From an uncultured Gammaproteobacteria bacterium (GTDB lineage: Bacteria > Patescibacteriota > Microgenomatia > UBA10105 > UBA927), in contig CAYUZE010000002.1 of assembly GCA_964449585.1 (NCBI GenBank), positions 116,833 through 180,832 of the forward strand: DNA of 64,000 nt, read 5' to 3'. Below, piece after piece: positions 56,096 to 64,000 of this stretch. A program made the translations under genes and the position numbers. How positions within the stretch are numbered: position 1 is the stretch's first letter; each line of letters starts with the position of its first letter. Under the pieces are notes generated by a model. That model ran no database searches. It saw only the letters and a list, made by a program, of their open reading frames with translations, and was not told where the DNA came from.

Positions 56096-57724
56096 ATGCT
56101 GTTTCGTGCTCAAAAATTACGTCGTGGATTTACCCTTCTTGAGCTTCTTATAGCGATAACGCTCTTCGGTGCGATAACCTCATTGTTGCTGGTCGCCATT
56201 AATCCGTTTGAGCAGGTAAGAAAAGGTACGGATACGGTTCGTCGTACGGTGGCCGCCGACATGTATAGTGCCGTCACCAACCTTTCGATTAAAAGCGGCA
56301 ATTATCCTTGGAAAAGCAATCTAAATGGTGTGACATTGGCAAGCACCGAGGGTGAACAGGCGATTGCCGCGCTCATTGCCGCGGGGGAGTTATCGCAGGC
56401 ATTTACCAAAGTTTCCCGAAATGATCTTGCCAAAATAACCCTTACCGCATCGACCGACGGATCCGTTTTGCGGCTTTGTTTTATCCCGGAGTCAAAAATC
56501 CTGAAAAATGATGTCGCAACCGCGTATGACCGCTACGGCAACAGTGCGGCAACCTGTCCTCCCGAGGGGTGTTACTACTGTATGACTAACAATGCGACCA
56601 CCGTCATTGCCGACGCTCCGGTTTCCGGCGGCGGCGTGGGCGGTTCGGGTACGGAAAACGTTACGGTACCGATTACTCCCACCGCAACCCCGGTACCCGT
56701 GCTTCCGACGTCGGCACCCACCGTTACCCCAACGCCGACCGTTATGGTCACTCCCACCGTAGCGCCGACGCCGACGGCTACGCCCATGCCCGTCGGTGCT
56801 CCGATCACGAAAAAAGTGTATCTTGTCGTGTACAATCCGCAGTTATCCGCGGCATTCGGTCCGAATCAGAATCACCTCAGTTTCTACGGCTCCAATGATC
56901 CGTACGCGCTCACCAACGAGGCGATCGCGTGGTTTAAGTCACTTACCAACGGACGAGTCAATTATGTGCTGACCAAACAAACGGTGCTCAATAAGTACCC
57001 GACGCTCACGGACGGTTTTGCCTACACCGATACGACGTATCATTCCATGATTACGGGTACTACCCCCGTCCACGAACCGGTGTGGGCGAACTATAACACC
57101 ATCCTCAATGAAACCCAGGCGTGTGAAGCGTTTAATGCGGGAGAAATTGATGAGCTCTGGTTGTTCGGCGGGTCATGGTTCGGATTTTATGAATCACGAC
57201 TTGCCGGTACCGGTGCCTTCTGGTACAACGCACCGATTGTGACGGGGACAAGTTGCGCCAAGCCGCTGCCGATCATGGGGTATAACTTTGAGCGGGGGCT
57301 TGCGGAGATGATTCACGACTTCGGCCATCGTGCCGAATACACCATGCTCAAAGTCTATACATCGTGGGCGAGAAGCCGTATTTATACGAACTTTGACCGA
57401 TTTGCCCTGGTACAGGCAAAAGCGACCAGCTACGCGTTTAGCGGATGCGGCACCACGCACTTTCCGCCGAATGCCCCGGTTGATTATGACTATTCGAACA
57501 TGGCGGTAAAACTCACCATGTGTGACGACTTTTATAACTATCCTGAGTTGGCGCCCGTTGCCGATATTGTGGCGGAGACGATCGATTGCCGTACCTGGAA
57601 TTGTACGGATATCGGTTTTTTCGGCTATTGGTTCTCGCACTTGCCGCAATTTGCCGGAACTGCTCCCGACGGAAAACGTAACGACTGGTGGGACTATCTG
57701 TTAAATCCCAGCAAAGCGCTGTAA
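56096..57724 (+). CDS. Type IV pilin-like protein fused via a PT linker to a putative metallohydrolase domain
   Basis: Class III signal RRG/FTLLELL, INP.EQ, PT-rich linker, C-terminal domain with EMIHDFGHRAE. Confidence 0.8.
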   Translation: MLFRAQKLRRGFTLLELLIAITLFGAITSLLLVAINPFEQVRKGTDTVRRTVAADMYSAVTNLSIKSGNYPWKSNLNGVTLASTEGEQAIAALIAAGELSQAFTKVSRNDLAKITLTASTDGSVLRLCFIPESKILKNDVATAYDRYGNSAATCPPEGCYYCMTNNATTVIADAPVSGGGVGGSGTENVTVPITPTATPVPVLPTSAPTVTPTPTVMVTPTVAPTPTATPMPVGAPITKKVYLVVYNPQLSAAFGPNQNHLSFYGSNDPYALTNEAIAWFKSLTNGRVNYVLTKQTVLNKYPTLTDGFAYTDTTYHSMITGTTPVHEPVWANYNTILNETQACEAFNAGEIDELWLFGGSWFGFYESRLAGTGAFWYNAPIVTGTSCAKPLPIMGYNFERGLAEMIHDFGHRAEYTMLKVYTSWARSRIYTNFDRFALVQAKATSYAFSGCGTTHFPPNAPVDYDYSNMAVKLTMCDDFYNYPELAPVADIVAETIDCRTWNCTDIGFFGYWFSHLPQFAGTAPDGKRNDWWDYLLNPSKAL

Positions 57725-57733
57725 GCTAGAGAT

Positions 57734-58591
57734 ATGAATACCCTCCCGTTAGCTCCGACGCCCAACACTTCCGACGGGGCTCCGGTGGCAAATGAAAGGA
57801 ACGGTAAAAAAGCGAAAACAATCGCGATATTTTTGGCGTTGTATGCCGTGGGGTTGGCGGCAATTATCGGGATCGTGCTATCACGCAGGAACACCCCCGC
57901 CTCTCAGGCGCCCGTAGCAAACACCGAACATGTCGTGATTCCCAAACCGACATCCGCGCCGCTTTGCCCGGAGGCTGCTATTGCCTACACGTATCAGGAA
58001 GCAACGGCCGATCCGTCGGGTACCTGTGCACTCTATCTTTCCCCGCGTTCGGAGGGAGAAGGGGGAGAGACGCAGGGGGAAGTAGTCATGGACGAGCCGA
58101 GAACGGGAAGCGCCATCGGTGCATTACCCTCCGATATCGCCGATATAAAAAATCTTAAGGTTCTGCAGGCCAATCGGAACGATCTCGTCAGTGTGCCTTC
58201 GACATTGCACCTGCTCCAGAGTCTGACGCATGTGTCGCTTTCCACCAATAACTTCCGCGTTATCCCTCCTGATATTTTGGCGCTGCAAAATCTCATAGCA
58301 CTAGATATGAGCAGGAACATGATCGTTACCGTTCCCGCAGCCATCGGTTCACTCACCAAACTGGAACATCTTTTCCTGTATGGGAACCGTATTACGGCGC
58401 TTCCGGAAGAAATAGGACAACTTTCCTCACTGACGGTTTTACAGCTTTCGGAAAATCGCCTCACCAGACTCCCCGATAGCATACGGAATCTTACCAATCT
58501 TACCGATTTGTATCTTGAAAAGAACCCGCTGGAAGCGGGAGAGCCGGAGCGTTTACGCTCATTGCTTCCGCAGACCACGGTACACTATTAG
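57734..58591 (+). CDS. Membrane-anchored leucine-rich repeat protein
   Basis: TM followed by about six 23-aa LxxLxLxxNxLxxLP repeats. Confidence 0.92.
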   Translation: MNTLPLAPTPNTSDGAPVANERNGKKAKTIAIFLALYAVGLAAIIGIVLSRRNTPASQAPVANTEHVVIPKPTSAPLCPEAAIAYTYQEATADPSGTCALYLSPRSEGEGGETQGEVVMDEPRTGSAIGALPSDIADIKNLKVLQANRNDLVSVPSTLHLLQSLTHVSLSTNNFRVIPPDILALQNLIALDMSRNMIVTVPAAIGSLTKLEHLFLYGNRITALPEEIGQLSSLTVLQLSENRLTRLPDSIRNLTNLTDLYLEKNPLEAGEPERLRSLLPQTTVHY

Positions 58592-58598
58592 ACACCGT

Positions 58599-58673
58599 TC
58601 TATTTTCGGGTATATTTCGTATAATTTGCTATAGTTCTATCCAGTTGACCGCCTCTATTTTCGGGTTTATTAT
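58599..58673 (+). promoter_or_regulatory. Promoter of the dinB cassette with a repeated operator-like motif
   Basis: TCTATTTTCGGGT at 58599-58611 and 58654-58666; TTGACC(58645)-17 nt-TATTAT(58668). Confidence 0.7.
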
Positions 58674-58682
58674 GGTTTTGTT

Positions 58683-58940
58683 ATGCCGGAAACCATCAAT
58701 GAACCCGTATCCGTAACGCTTTGGAGTAATCATAAAACCCGAAAAGTGCTCCCCTACAGCATCTACTGGAAAGGACGGCACTACCGCATTACCACCATAG
58801 GATTACATCACACCGTTTGGGAAGGCAGACGGTTGTTCCATATCTTTTCGGTCAGCGACGGCAATACGTTCTTTAAACTCGTCATGGATAGTGAAAGTTT
58901 GGCGTGGACGCTTGTCGAAGTGGAAACGAGCGTGCATTAA
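58683..58940 (+). CDS. Small Y-family polymerase-associated protein
   Basis: PYSIYWKGRHYRI...FSVSDG..FFKLV...WTL beta-rich fold; ends 5 nt before dinB. Confidence 0.7.
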   Translation: MPETINEPVSVTLWSNHKTRKVLPYSIYWKGRHYRITTIGLHHTVWEGRRLFHIFSVSDGNTFFKLVMDSESLAWTLVEVETSVH

Positions 58941-58945
58941 CCGAT

Positions 58946-60238
58946 ATGGATTTTAACCCGATAGCGCCGCGTGTCATGCATGTTGACATCAACTCATGTT
59001 TTGCCACGGTGGAACAACAGGCAAACCCGCTCCTTCGGCATAAACCCGTCGTGGTGGCGGCCTATGTCAAAGACTACGGGTGTATTTTGGCCGCCTCCCG
59101 CGAAGCAAAAGTATTGGGGATCAAAACAGGGATGTATGTGGGGGAAGCCAAAAAGATATACCCCCGGGTGGTGGTGTTACCCCCCGATCCGCCGAAATAC
59201 CGTATCGTGAACCGAAAACTGTTGGGACTGTTGCAGTCGTACACTGCAGATATACGCGTCGAATCAATTGATGAAATGGTCATGGGATTAAACGGCGCTC
59301 CCATCCTGATGACGCATACGATGGAAGAAGTCGCCCGCGACATCAAATCGCGGATAAAAAATGAAATCGGGGAGTGGATCACGGTTTCGTGCGGGATTGC
59401 CCCTAACCGATATCTTGCCAAGGTTGCCTCGGGACTGCAAAAGCCTGACGGACTGGTCACCATTACCCGCGAAAATATTATTGCTACGTTTTCGCGGATG
59501 CAGCTCACCGATTTCTGCGGGATCAAAGCGGGCAACAGCAACCGGCTTATTGCCGCGGGAATCACCACCCCGCTCGCGTTGTATCGGGCAAGCGCGATTA
59601 CCCTTAAACGCGCGTTCCGTTCGGTGGTGGGACTGCATTGGTGGCTGAGGCTTCACGGGTATGAAGACGGCGGCAGATACAAAGCATTCGGCAGTAGTGA
59701 GGAAGAAGATCAAAAAAGTTTCGGACAATCCTATGTGTTGGGAACCGCGCGGGGTACCCGCGACGCACGGCTTTGGCAGATACTTGCCCAACTCACCATG
59801 AAAATGGCAAGAAGACTCCGCAAAGACGGGTTTTGCGCCTACGGGGTAGGAGTGTCCGCCATGTTTTCCGATCACACGCATTGGCATACCCAGGAAAAGA
59901 AGTCGTTTGCCCTGAGTGCGGATCTTGAGTTTTATACCGAAATGCGCCGGATGCTTACTCACGCACCCGAAAAGGACGTCAAGATGCTTGCCGTGTATTG
60001 TTATGCGTTACACCGAAACGACAGTACCCAGGTTTCGCTCTTTCCGGAAGAAAACAAAAAACTGCTTATTACCCATGCCGTGGATGCCATTCAGGATAGG
60101 TTCGGGGATTTTGCCATCTATCCCGCGCGTATGGCAAATATGGAGCAACGGGTGTTGGATAGAATTTCGTTCGGCGGGGTGCAGGGACTGCCGGAGGTGC
60201 CGTTCACCGAACGGATTTTGCATGAACAAGCGTCTTGA
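58946..60238 (+). CDS. dinB: Y-family DNA polymerase (DinB/UmuC-like)
   Basis: MHVDINSCFATVE, AASREAK..GIKTGM, SIDE, LAKVAS..QKPDG. Confidence 0.93.
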   Translation: MDFNPIAPRVMHVDINSCFATVEQQANPLLRHKPVVVAAYVKDYGCILAASREAKVLGIKTGMYVGEAKKIYPRVVVLPPDPPKYRIVNRKLLGLLQSYTADIRVESIDEMVMGLNGAPILMTHTMEEVARDIKSRIKNEIGEWITVSCGIAPNRYLAKVASGLQKPDGLVTITRENIIATFSRMQLTDFCGIKAGNSNRLIAAGITTPLALYRASAITLKRAFRSVVGLHWWLRLHGYEDGGRYKAFGSSEEEDQKSFGQSYVLGTARGTRDARLWQILAQLTMKMARRLRKDGFCAYGVGVSAMFSDHTHWHTQEKKSFALSADLEFYTEMRRMLTHAPEKDVKMLAVYCYALHRNDSTQVSLFPEENKKLLITHAVDAIQDRFGDFAIYPARMANMEQRVLDRISFGGVQGLPEVPFTERILHEQAS

Positions 60239-60279
60239 CACCTCCTACGGGAAAAGAGTACCTTGGTCAGTAAGTTAAT

Positions 60280-60383
60280 AAATCAAGAGTGGTGGGGAGA
60301 GATCTCGCTCTGTGAACCATCCGGCAACCGAGGGAATGTACCTGCGGTGCCCCAACGAGTCCTCGCTTTGCGGGGAATGATTT
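60280..60383 (+). ncRNA. SAM-I (S-box) riboswitch aptamer
   Basis: P1 AAATCA/TGATTT, ATCAAGAG, P2 GAG..CTC-TGTGAACC, GGCAACC...GGTGCC, P4 CCTCGC/GCGGGG; directly upstream of metK. Confidence 0.88.
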
Positions 60384-60407
60384 GCCAAACAGTAGGGAAA
60401 AAACCTC

Positions 60408-60433
60408 ACCCCGCTTGGCGGGGTATTTTGTTT
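60408..60433 (+). terminator. Riboswitch expression-platform terminator
   Basis: ACCCCGC-TTG-GCGGGGT-ATTTTGTTT between the aptamer and the metK start. Confidence 0.75.
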
Positions 60434-60460
60434 CACTTCGTTTGGCAGGAAAGGCGAGTT

Positions 60461-61576
60461 ATGAAAACAACGACCCACTTTACCTCGGAATCCGTGGCGT
60501 CCGGGCATCCCGACAAAATCTGTGACCAGGTATCGGATGCGATTGTGGATGCCGCACTTGCGGTTGATCCCAAGGCACGGGTAGCGGTGGAAACGCTCGT
60601 CACGACCGACCGAATCGTGCTTGCGGGCGAAGTCACCTGTACGAAAAAACTCGATTACGAAAAAATAGCCCGAAAAACGATAAAGAGCCTGGGGTACACC
60701 AACAAAGCGTTCGGATTTTGGTATAAATCCCCGATATCGGTCTATATCCACGAACAGTCGCCCGATATCGCAGGCGGGGTGGATGAAGGAGGAGCGGGCG
60801 ATCAGGGCATGATGTTCGGCTACGCGACCAATGAAACGCCCGAATATATGCCGCTTCCGCTTGTGCTGTCGCATCGGCTGGTCGAAAAGATGGACGAAGC
60901 ACGCGAAAAGAACGTGTTGCCGTTTCTTCGTCCCGACGGCAAAAGCGAAGTGAAGGTGCGATACGAAAACAACAAGCCGGTTGCGGTTGAACGGATCGTG
61001 CTGGCCGTTCCCCACGACCCGAAAATCACCAATGCGGAACTCAAAAAGAAATTGTACGAGAAAGTGATAAAGCCCGTCATGAAAAGGTATAAGCTTAATC
61101 CGCCTCCCCTTGATGATGTCATCGTCAATGGAAGCAAGGGAAAGTGGGAAATAGGCGGGCCTGCCTCCGATACCGGGGTGACGGGAAGAAAGATCATCGT
61201 CGATACCTACGGCGGATTTTCCCGTCACGGCGGCGGAGCATTTTCCGGCAAGGATCCGACGAAAGTGGATCGAAGCGGTGCCTATGCCGCCCGTTTTATC
61301 GCCAAAAACATCGTTGCCCACGGACTCGCTGATCGGGTGGAAGTACGGGTGGCGTATGTCATCGGTCAACGGGAGCCGCTCGGGAAAGCCATCGATACCT
61401 TCGGCACCGAGAAGAAATCGCTTGCCGACATTGAAGCATTTGCGTGGCAGCTCCTTGACATGTCGGTGCCGGGTATTCTTTCGCGGCTTAAATTGCGTCG
61501 ACCGATATACAGGAAAACCGCCCGCTACGGGCACTTCGGGCGTGCTGGTTTCCCATGGGAGGAAGTTGTAAAATAA
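60461..61576 (+). CDS. metK: S-adenosylmethionine synthetase
   Basis: FTSESVASGHPDK, GAGDQG, GGGAFSGKD, TARYGHFG; true start is ATG 60461. Confidence 0.97.
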   Translation: MKTTTHFTSESVASGHPDKICDQVSDAIVDAALAVDPKARVAVETLVTTDRIVLAGEVTCTKKLDYEKIARKTIKSLGYTNKAFGFWYKSPISVYIHEQSPDIAGGVDEGGAGDQGMMFGYATNETPEYMPLPLVLSHRLVEKMDEAREKNVLPFLRPDGKSEVKVRYENNKPVAVERIVLAVPHDPKITNAELKKKLYEKVIKPVMKRYKLNPPPLDDVIVNGSKGKWEIGGPASDTGVTGRKIIVDTYGGFSRHGGGAFSGKDPTKVDRSGAYAARFIAKNIVAHGLADRVEVRVAYVIGQREPLGKAIDTFGTEKKSLADIEAFAWQLLDMSVPGILSRLKLRRPIYRKTARYGHFGRAGFPWEEVVK

Positions 61577-61595
61577 CCGTCTCCTTCGGGAGAGT

Positions 61596-61913
61596 ATGAC
61601 GATACGCACCTTCGGCAAAGAAACGGCAAAATATGCGGGATGTTTCTGTCCCGCGTGTTTTGCCTCGCTTGAGCAGCAGAAAAGAACGCAGTTTGTGCGG
61701 ACAATTCTCCCGAGAATCCCGTTTGGACAGGGAGCTACCGAGGAGATCACCCGATTAGCAGGGGAGCACGATGCCGCAAAACCGACGCACGAGATTATTG
61801 TATGGCGATTTGATGACACGCATCCTATTGACGTTCGCATCGTTCGCATGTTGAAAAAATATAAAGTTCCCGTAACGCATGTTGATTTTTCCCGAAACAC
61901 GTATGAAACATGA
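61596..61913 (+). CDS. Hypothetical protein with CxCxxC
   Basis: 105-aa ORF between metK and rarA. Confidence 0.55.
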   Translation: MTIRTFGKETAKYAGCFCPACFASLEQQKRTQFVRTILPRIPFGQGATEEITRLAGEHDAAKPTHEIIVWRFDDTHPIDVRIVRMLKKYKVPVTHVDFSRNTYET

Positions 61914-61927
61914 TAGAATGAGTGCCG

Positions 61928-63094
61928 ATGGAAATGTCTCGGCCACTTGCTGACGCGTTACGACCTCACACCTTGGACGAAATTATCGGACAAGATCACC
62001 TTGTCGGCAAAGACGGGATAATCCGAAAATTTCTCGCGAAGGGCTTTCTTCCCTCGATGGTATTGTGGGGTCCTCCCGGAAGCGGCAAAACCTCGCTCGC
62101 CCAATTGTTAGCAACCCTCACGGATGCGCATTTCGTAGCGGAATCGGCTGTGACGACATCGCTTGCCACGGTACGGGGCATTATCGCCGAGGCGGCCGAG
62201 CGCCTCAAAACGGGCAGGCGCACCGTACTCTTTATTGATGAAATACACCGCTTTAACAAAGCACAGCAAGACGCGCTTCTTCCGCATGTCGAGAAAGGCA
62301 CCGTCATTTTTATCGGCGCCACGACCGAAAATCCTTCGTTTGAAGTGATCAGCCCGTTGTTGTCCCGTCTGCGGGTACTCGTCCTCCAGCAGTTGTCGGA
62401 AGACGCGTTGCGGCGTATTACCGAGCGCGGGCTTTCGTACTGTAAGAAAACGATAACACCCGATGCGGAAAAATTTCTTTGGGAAGTGGCAAACGGTGAC
62501 GGGCGGGCACTCCTGACCACGCTCGAAATAGCAGCCCAAATCTCCAAAGGGAAACAACTCACGCTTAAAACGATCGAGGAAGCGGCGCAACGGAAGACGC
62601 TCCACTATGATAAAGGTGCCGAGGAACATTACAACACGATAAGCGCGTTTATAAAATCCATGCGCGCAAGCGATCCCGATGCGGCATTGTATTACTTGGC
62701 GCGTATGGTTGAAGCGGGAGAGGATCCGCTGTTTATTGCACGGCGCATGGTCATTTTTGCGTCGGAAGATATAGGGGTAGCCCAACCCACCGCGCTGGTT
62801 GTCGCGAATGCCGTCTTTGATGCCTGCAATAAAATCGGCTACCCGGAATGTCAGGAAAATCTTGCCCACGGTGTCGTGTATTTATCCCTCGCAAAAAAAG
62901 ACCGAAGCGCGTATGATGCATACTTTGCCGCTCTTGCTGACGTCAAAAAATACGGTAACCTTCCGATTCCGCTGGTTATCCGTAACGCGCCGACCAAACT
63001 GATGAAGGACATAGGCTACGGCAAAGGGTATCAGGCATACACAAAGGAAAGTCTGCTTCCCGACACCTTAAAAGGAAAGAAATATCTTAAATGA
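61928..63094 (+). CDS. rarA: Replication-associated recombination protein A (MgsA/RarA)
   Basis: PLADALRP, GPPGSGKT, DEIHRFNKAQQD, ATTENPSF, SAFIKSMRASDPDA. Confidence 0.96.
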   Translation: MEMSRPLADALRPHTLDEIIGQDHLVGKDGIIRKFLAKGFLPSMVLWGPPGSGKTSLAQLLATLTDAHFVAESAVTTSLATVRGIIAEAAERLKTGRRTVLFIDEIHRFNKAQQDALLPHVEKGTVIFIGATTENPSFEVISPLLSRLRVLVLQQLSEDALRRITERGLSYCKKTITPDAEKFLWEVANGDGRALLTTLEIAAQISKGKQLTLKTIEEAAQRKTLHYDKGAEEHYNTISAFIKSMRASDPDAALYYLARMVEAGEDPLFIARRMVIFASEDIGVAQPTALVVANAVFDACNKIGYPECQENLAHGVVYLSLAKKDRSAYDAYFAALADVKKYGNLPIPLVIRNAPTKLMKDIGYGKGYQAYTKESLLPDTLKGKKYLK

Positions 63095-63522
63095 TTATGG
63101 TAAAAGAAGTATCCGCAGGAGGACTCATTTTTTGTAAAAGCAGGAAGGGACTGCATCTTCTTGTGATGAAGGATCGAAAGGGGTTATGGACGTTTCCCAA
63201 GGGAAAGATTGAACCTGGCGAAGATCTGGAAACAACCGCCGTTCGAGAAATAGCCGAAGAGGTGGGAATGCGTAACCTCACTCTTGTGGGAGCACTGTCT
63301 CCCGCTTCCTATTGGTATTTCCGCAGGCTTCCCATCCGAAAAACGGTGCATTTTTACGTGTTTGTCGCAAACTCCATGCAAAAGCCGGTGGTACAAACGG
63401 AGGAGGGAATCACCGATGCAACATGGATACCGGTAGATGAGGCGAAAAAATGCATCGGGTATCCGAAAACGAATCTCCCGCTTATCGTTGAAGCAGTAAA
63501 AAAAATGGGGTCATCCGTATAA
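63091..63522 (+). CDS. NUDIX hydrolase (Ap4A hydrolase-like)
   Basis: SAGG, PKGKIEPGEDLETTAVREIAEEVG. Confidence 0.92.
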   Translation: MIMVKEVSAGGLIFCKSRKGLHLLVMKDRKGLWTFPKGKIEPGEDLETTAVREIAEEVGMRNLTLVGALSPASYWYFRRLPIRKTVHFYVFVANSMQKPVVQTEEGITDATWIPVDEAKKCIGYPKTNLPLIVEAVKKMGSSV

Positions 63523-63526
63523 TCCT

Positions 63527-64000
63527 ATGCTTACGCTTATTCACGGCGATCATCTTACCGCATCACGCTCTAAACTTACGGAGCTTAAAGCGGCGGCACA
63601 AGACAAGGAACTCCGCGAGCTTCCGGGGAAAAAACTCGATCCGAACGCGTTGGTACAGGCGCTTGAGTCTTCCTCCATGTTCGGCGGAGATACGCTTGTT
63701 ATTATCGAGGGTTTCATCAGTAACGCCAAGAAGCGGGAGAAACTGTTCGGTACCCTGCTTGCGCAAATTCTTGCAGCATCAAAACATACGGATATCATTC
63801 TGTATGAGGATAAAGAAGTTGAAAAGGGAACCCTTGCCAAGATCGGGACAAACGCCCGTACGTTTCTTTTTAAACTCCCCACCGTTATCTTCCAGTTTTT
63901 GGACAGCATCATGCCGGGCAACGCCAAAACGTCGCTCACCCTCCTCGCACAGGTGATTTCCCAGGAAGTGCCCGAAGTCGTGTTTGCGTTACTGGTACGA
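63527..64000 (+). CDS. holA: DNA polymerase III delta subunit-like protein (runs off the window)
   Basis: Not in the track because it has no stop. Reads MLTLIHGDH...LESSSMFGGDTLVIIE...FKLPTVIFQFLD. Confidence 0.7.
   Translation, partial: MLTLIHGDHLTASRSKLTELKAAAQDKELRELPGKKLDPNALVQALESSSMFGGDTLVIIEGFISNAKKREKLFGTLLAQILAASKHTDIILYEDKEVEKGTLAKIGTNARTFLFKLPTVIFQFLDSIMPGNAKTSLTLLAQVISQEVPEVVFALLVR

Noticed and set aside
60263-60460. 66-aa N-terminal extension of MetK in the ORF track
   Set aside because: It overlaps the SAM riboswitch and terminator; conserved MetK begins at 60461.
60275-61900. 541-aa minus-strand ORF
   Set aside because: Antisense shadow of metK and its riboswitch; no recognisable motifs.

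Overview
This is a gene-dense bacterial chromosome segment of roughly 50% GC. Its gene content and style point to Patescibacteria/CPR, probably a Microgenomates-type lineage; this is an inference. The core part holds mltG, polX-PHP, lemA-htpX, murT-gatD, gatCAB, dnaE, a complete F1Fo ATP synthase operon, pyrG, rplS-yraN, nth, a P-type ATPase, obgE, a cold-shock gene, a DEAD-box helicase, dinB, metK, rarA and a truncated holA. There are four tRNAs (Gly-CCC, Asp-GTC, Lys-TTT, Glu-TTC). Two accessory stretches of small orphan ORFs lie at about 31-37 kb and 42.7-52.7 kb. The most interesting signals are non-coding. (1) A structured RNA motif of about 105 nt, which I cannot assign to any known family, occurs in two divergent copies with compensatory base changes. 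Each copy sits in a ~150-160 nt leader directly upstream of a tRNA gene (Asp and Lys). (2) The DEAD-box helicase gene has a two-state structured leader. (3) A SAM-I riboswitch with a covaried pseudoknot precedes metK. (4) A direct-repeat operator overlaps the dinB cassette promoter. (5) A duplicated tRNA-Lys 3' end has its T-arm split by a structured insert and borders an AT-rich islet with an unannotated 43-aa hydrophobic peptide. (6) Many genes look leaderless, with a -10 box 5-8 nt before the start codon and no SD. Unusual proteins include a PilC-like protein lacking both cytoplasmic domains, a pilin fused to a putative metallohydrolase domain, a divergent UPRTase-like protein and a Cys-less Rsm22 homolog. 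No CRISPR array, integrase or transposase was seen. All calls come from reading the sequence by eye; no searches were run.
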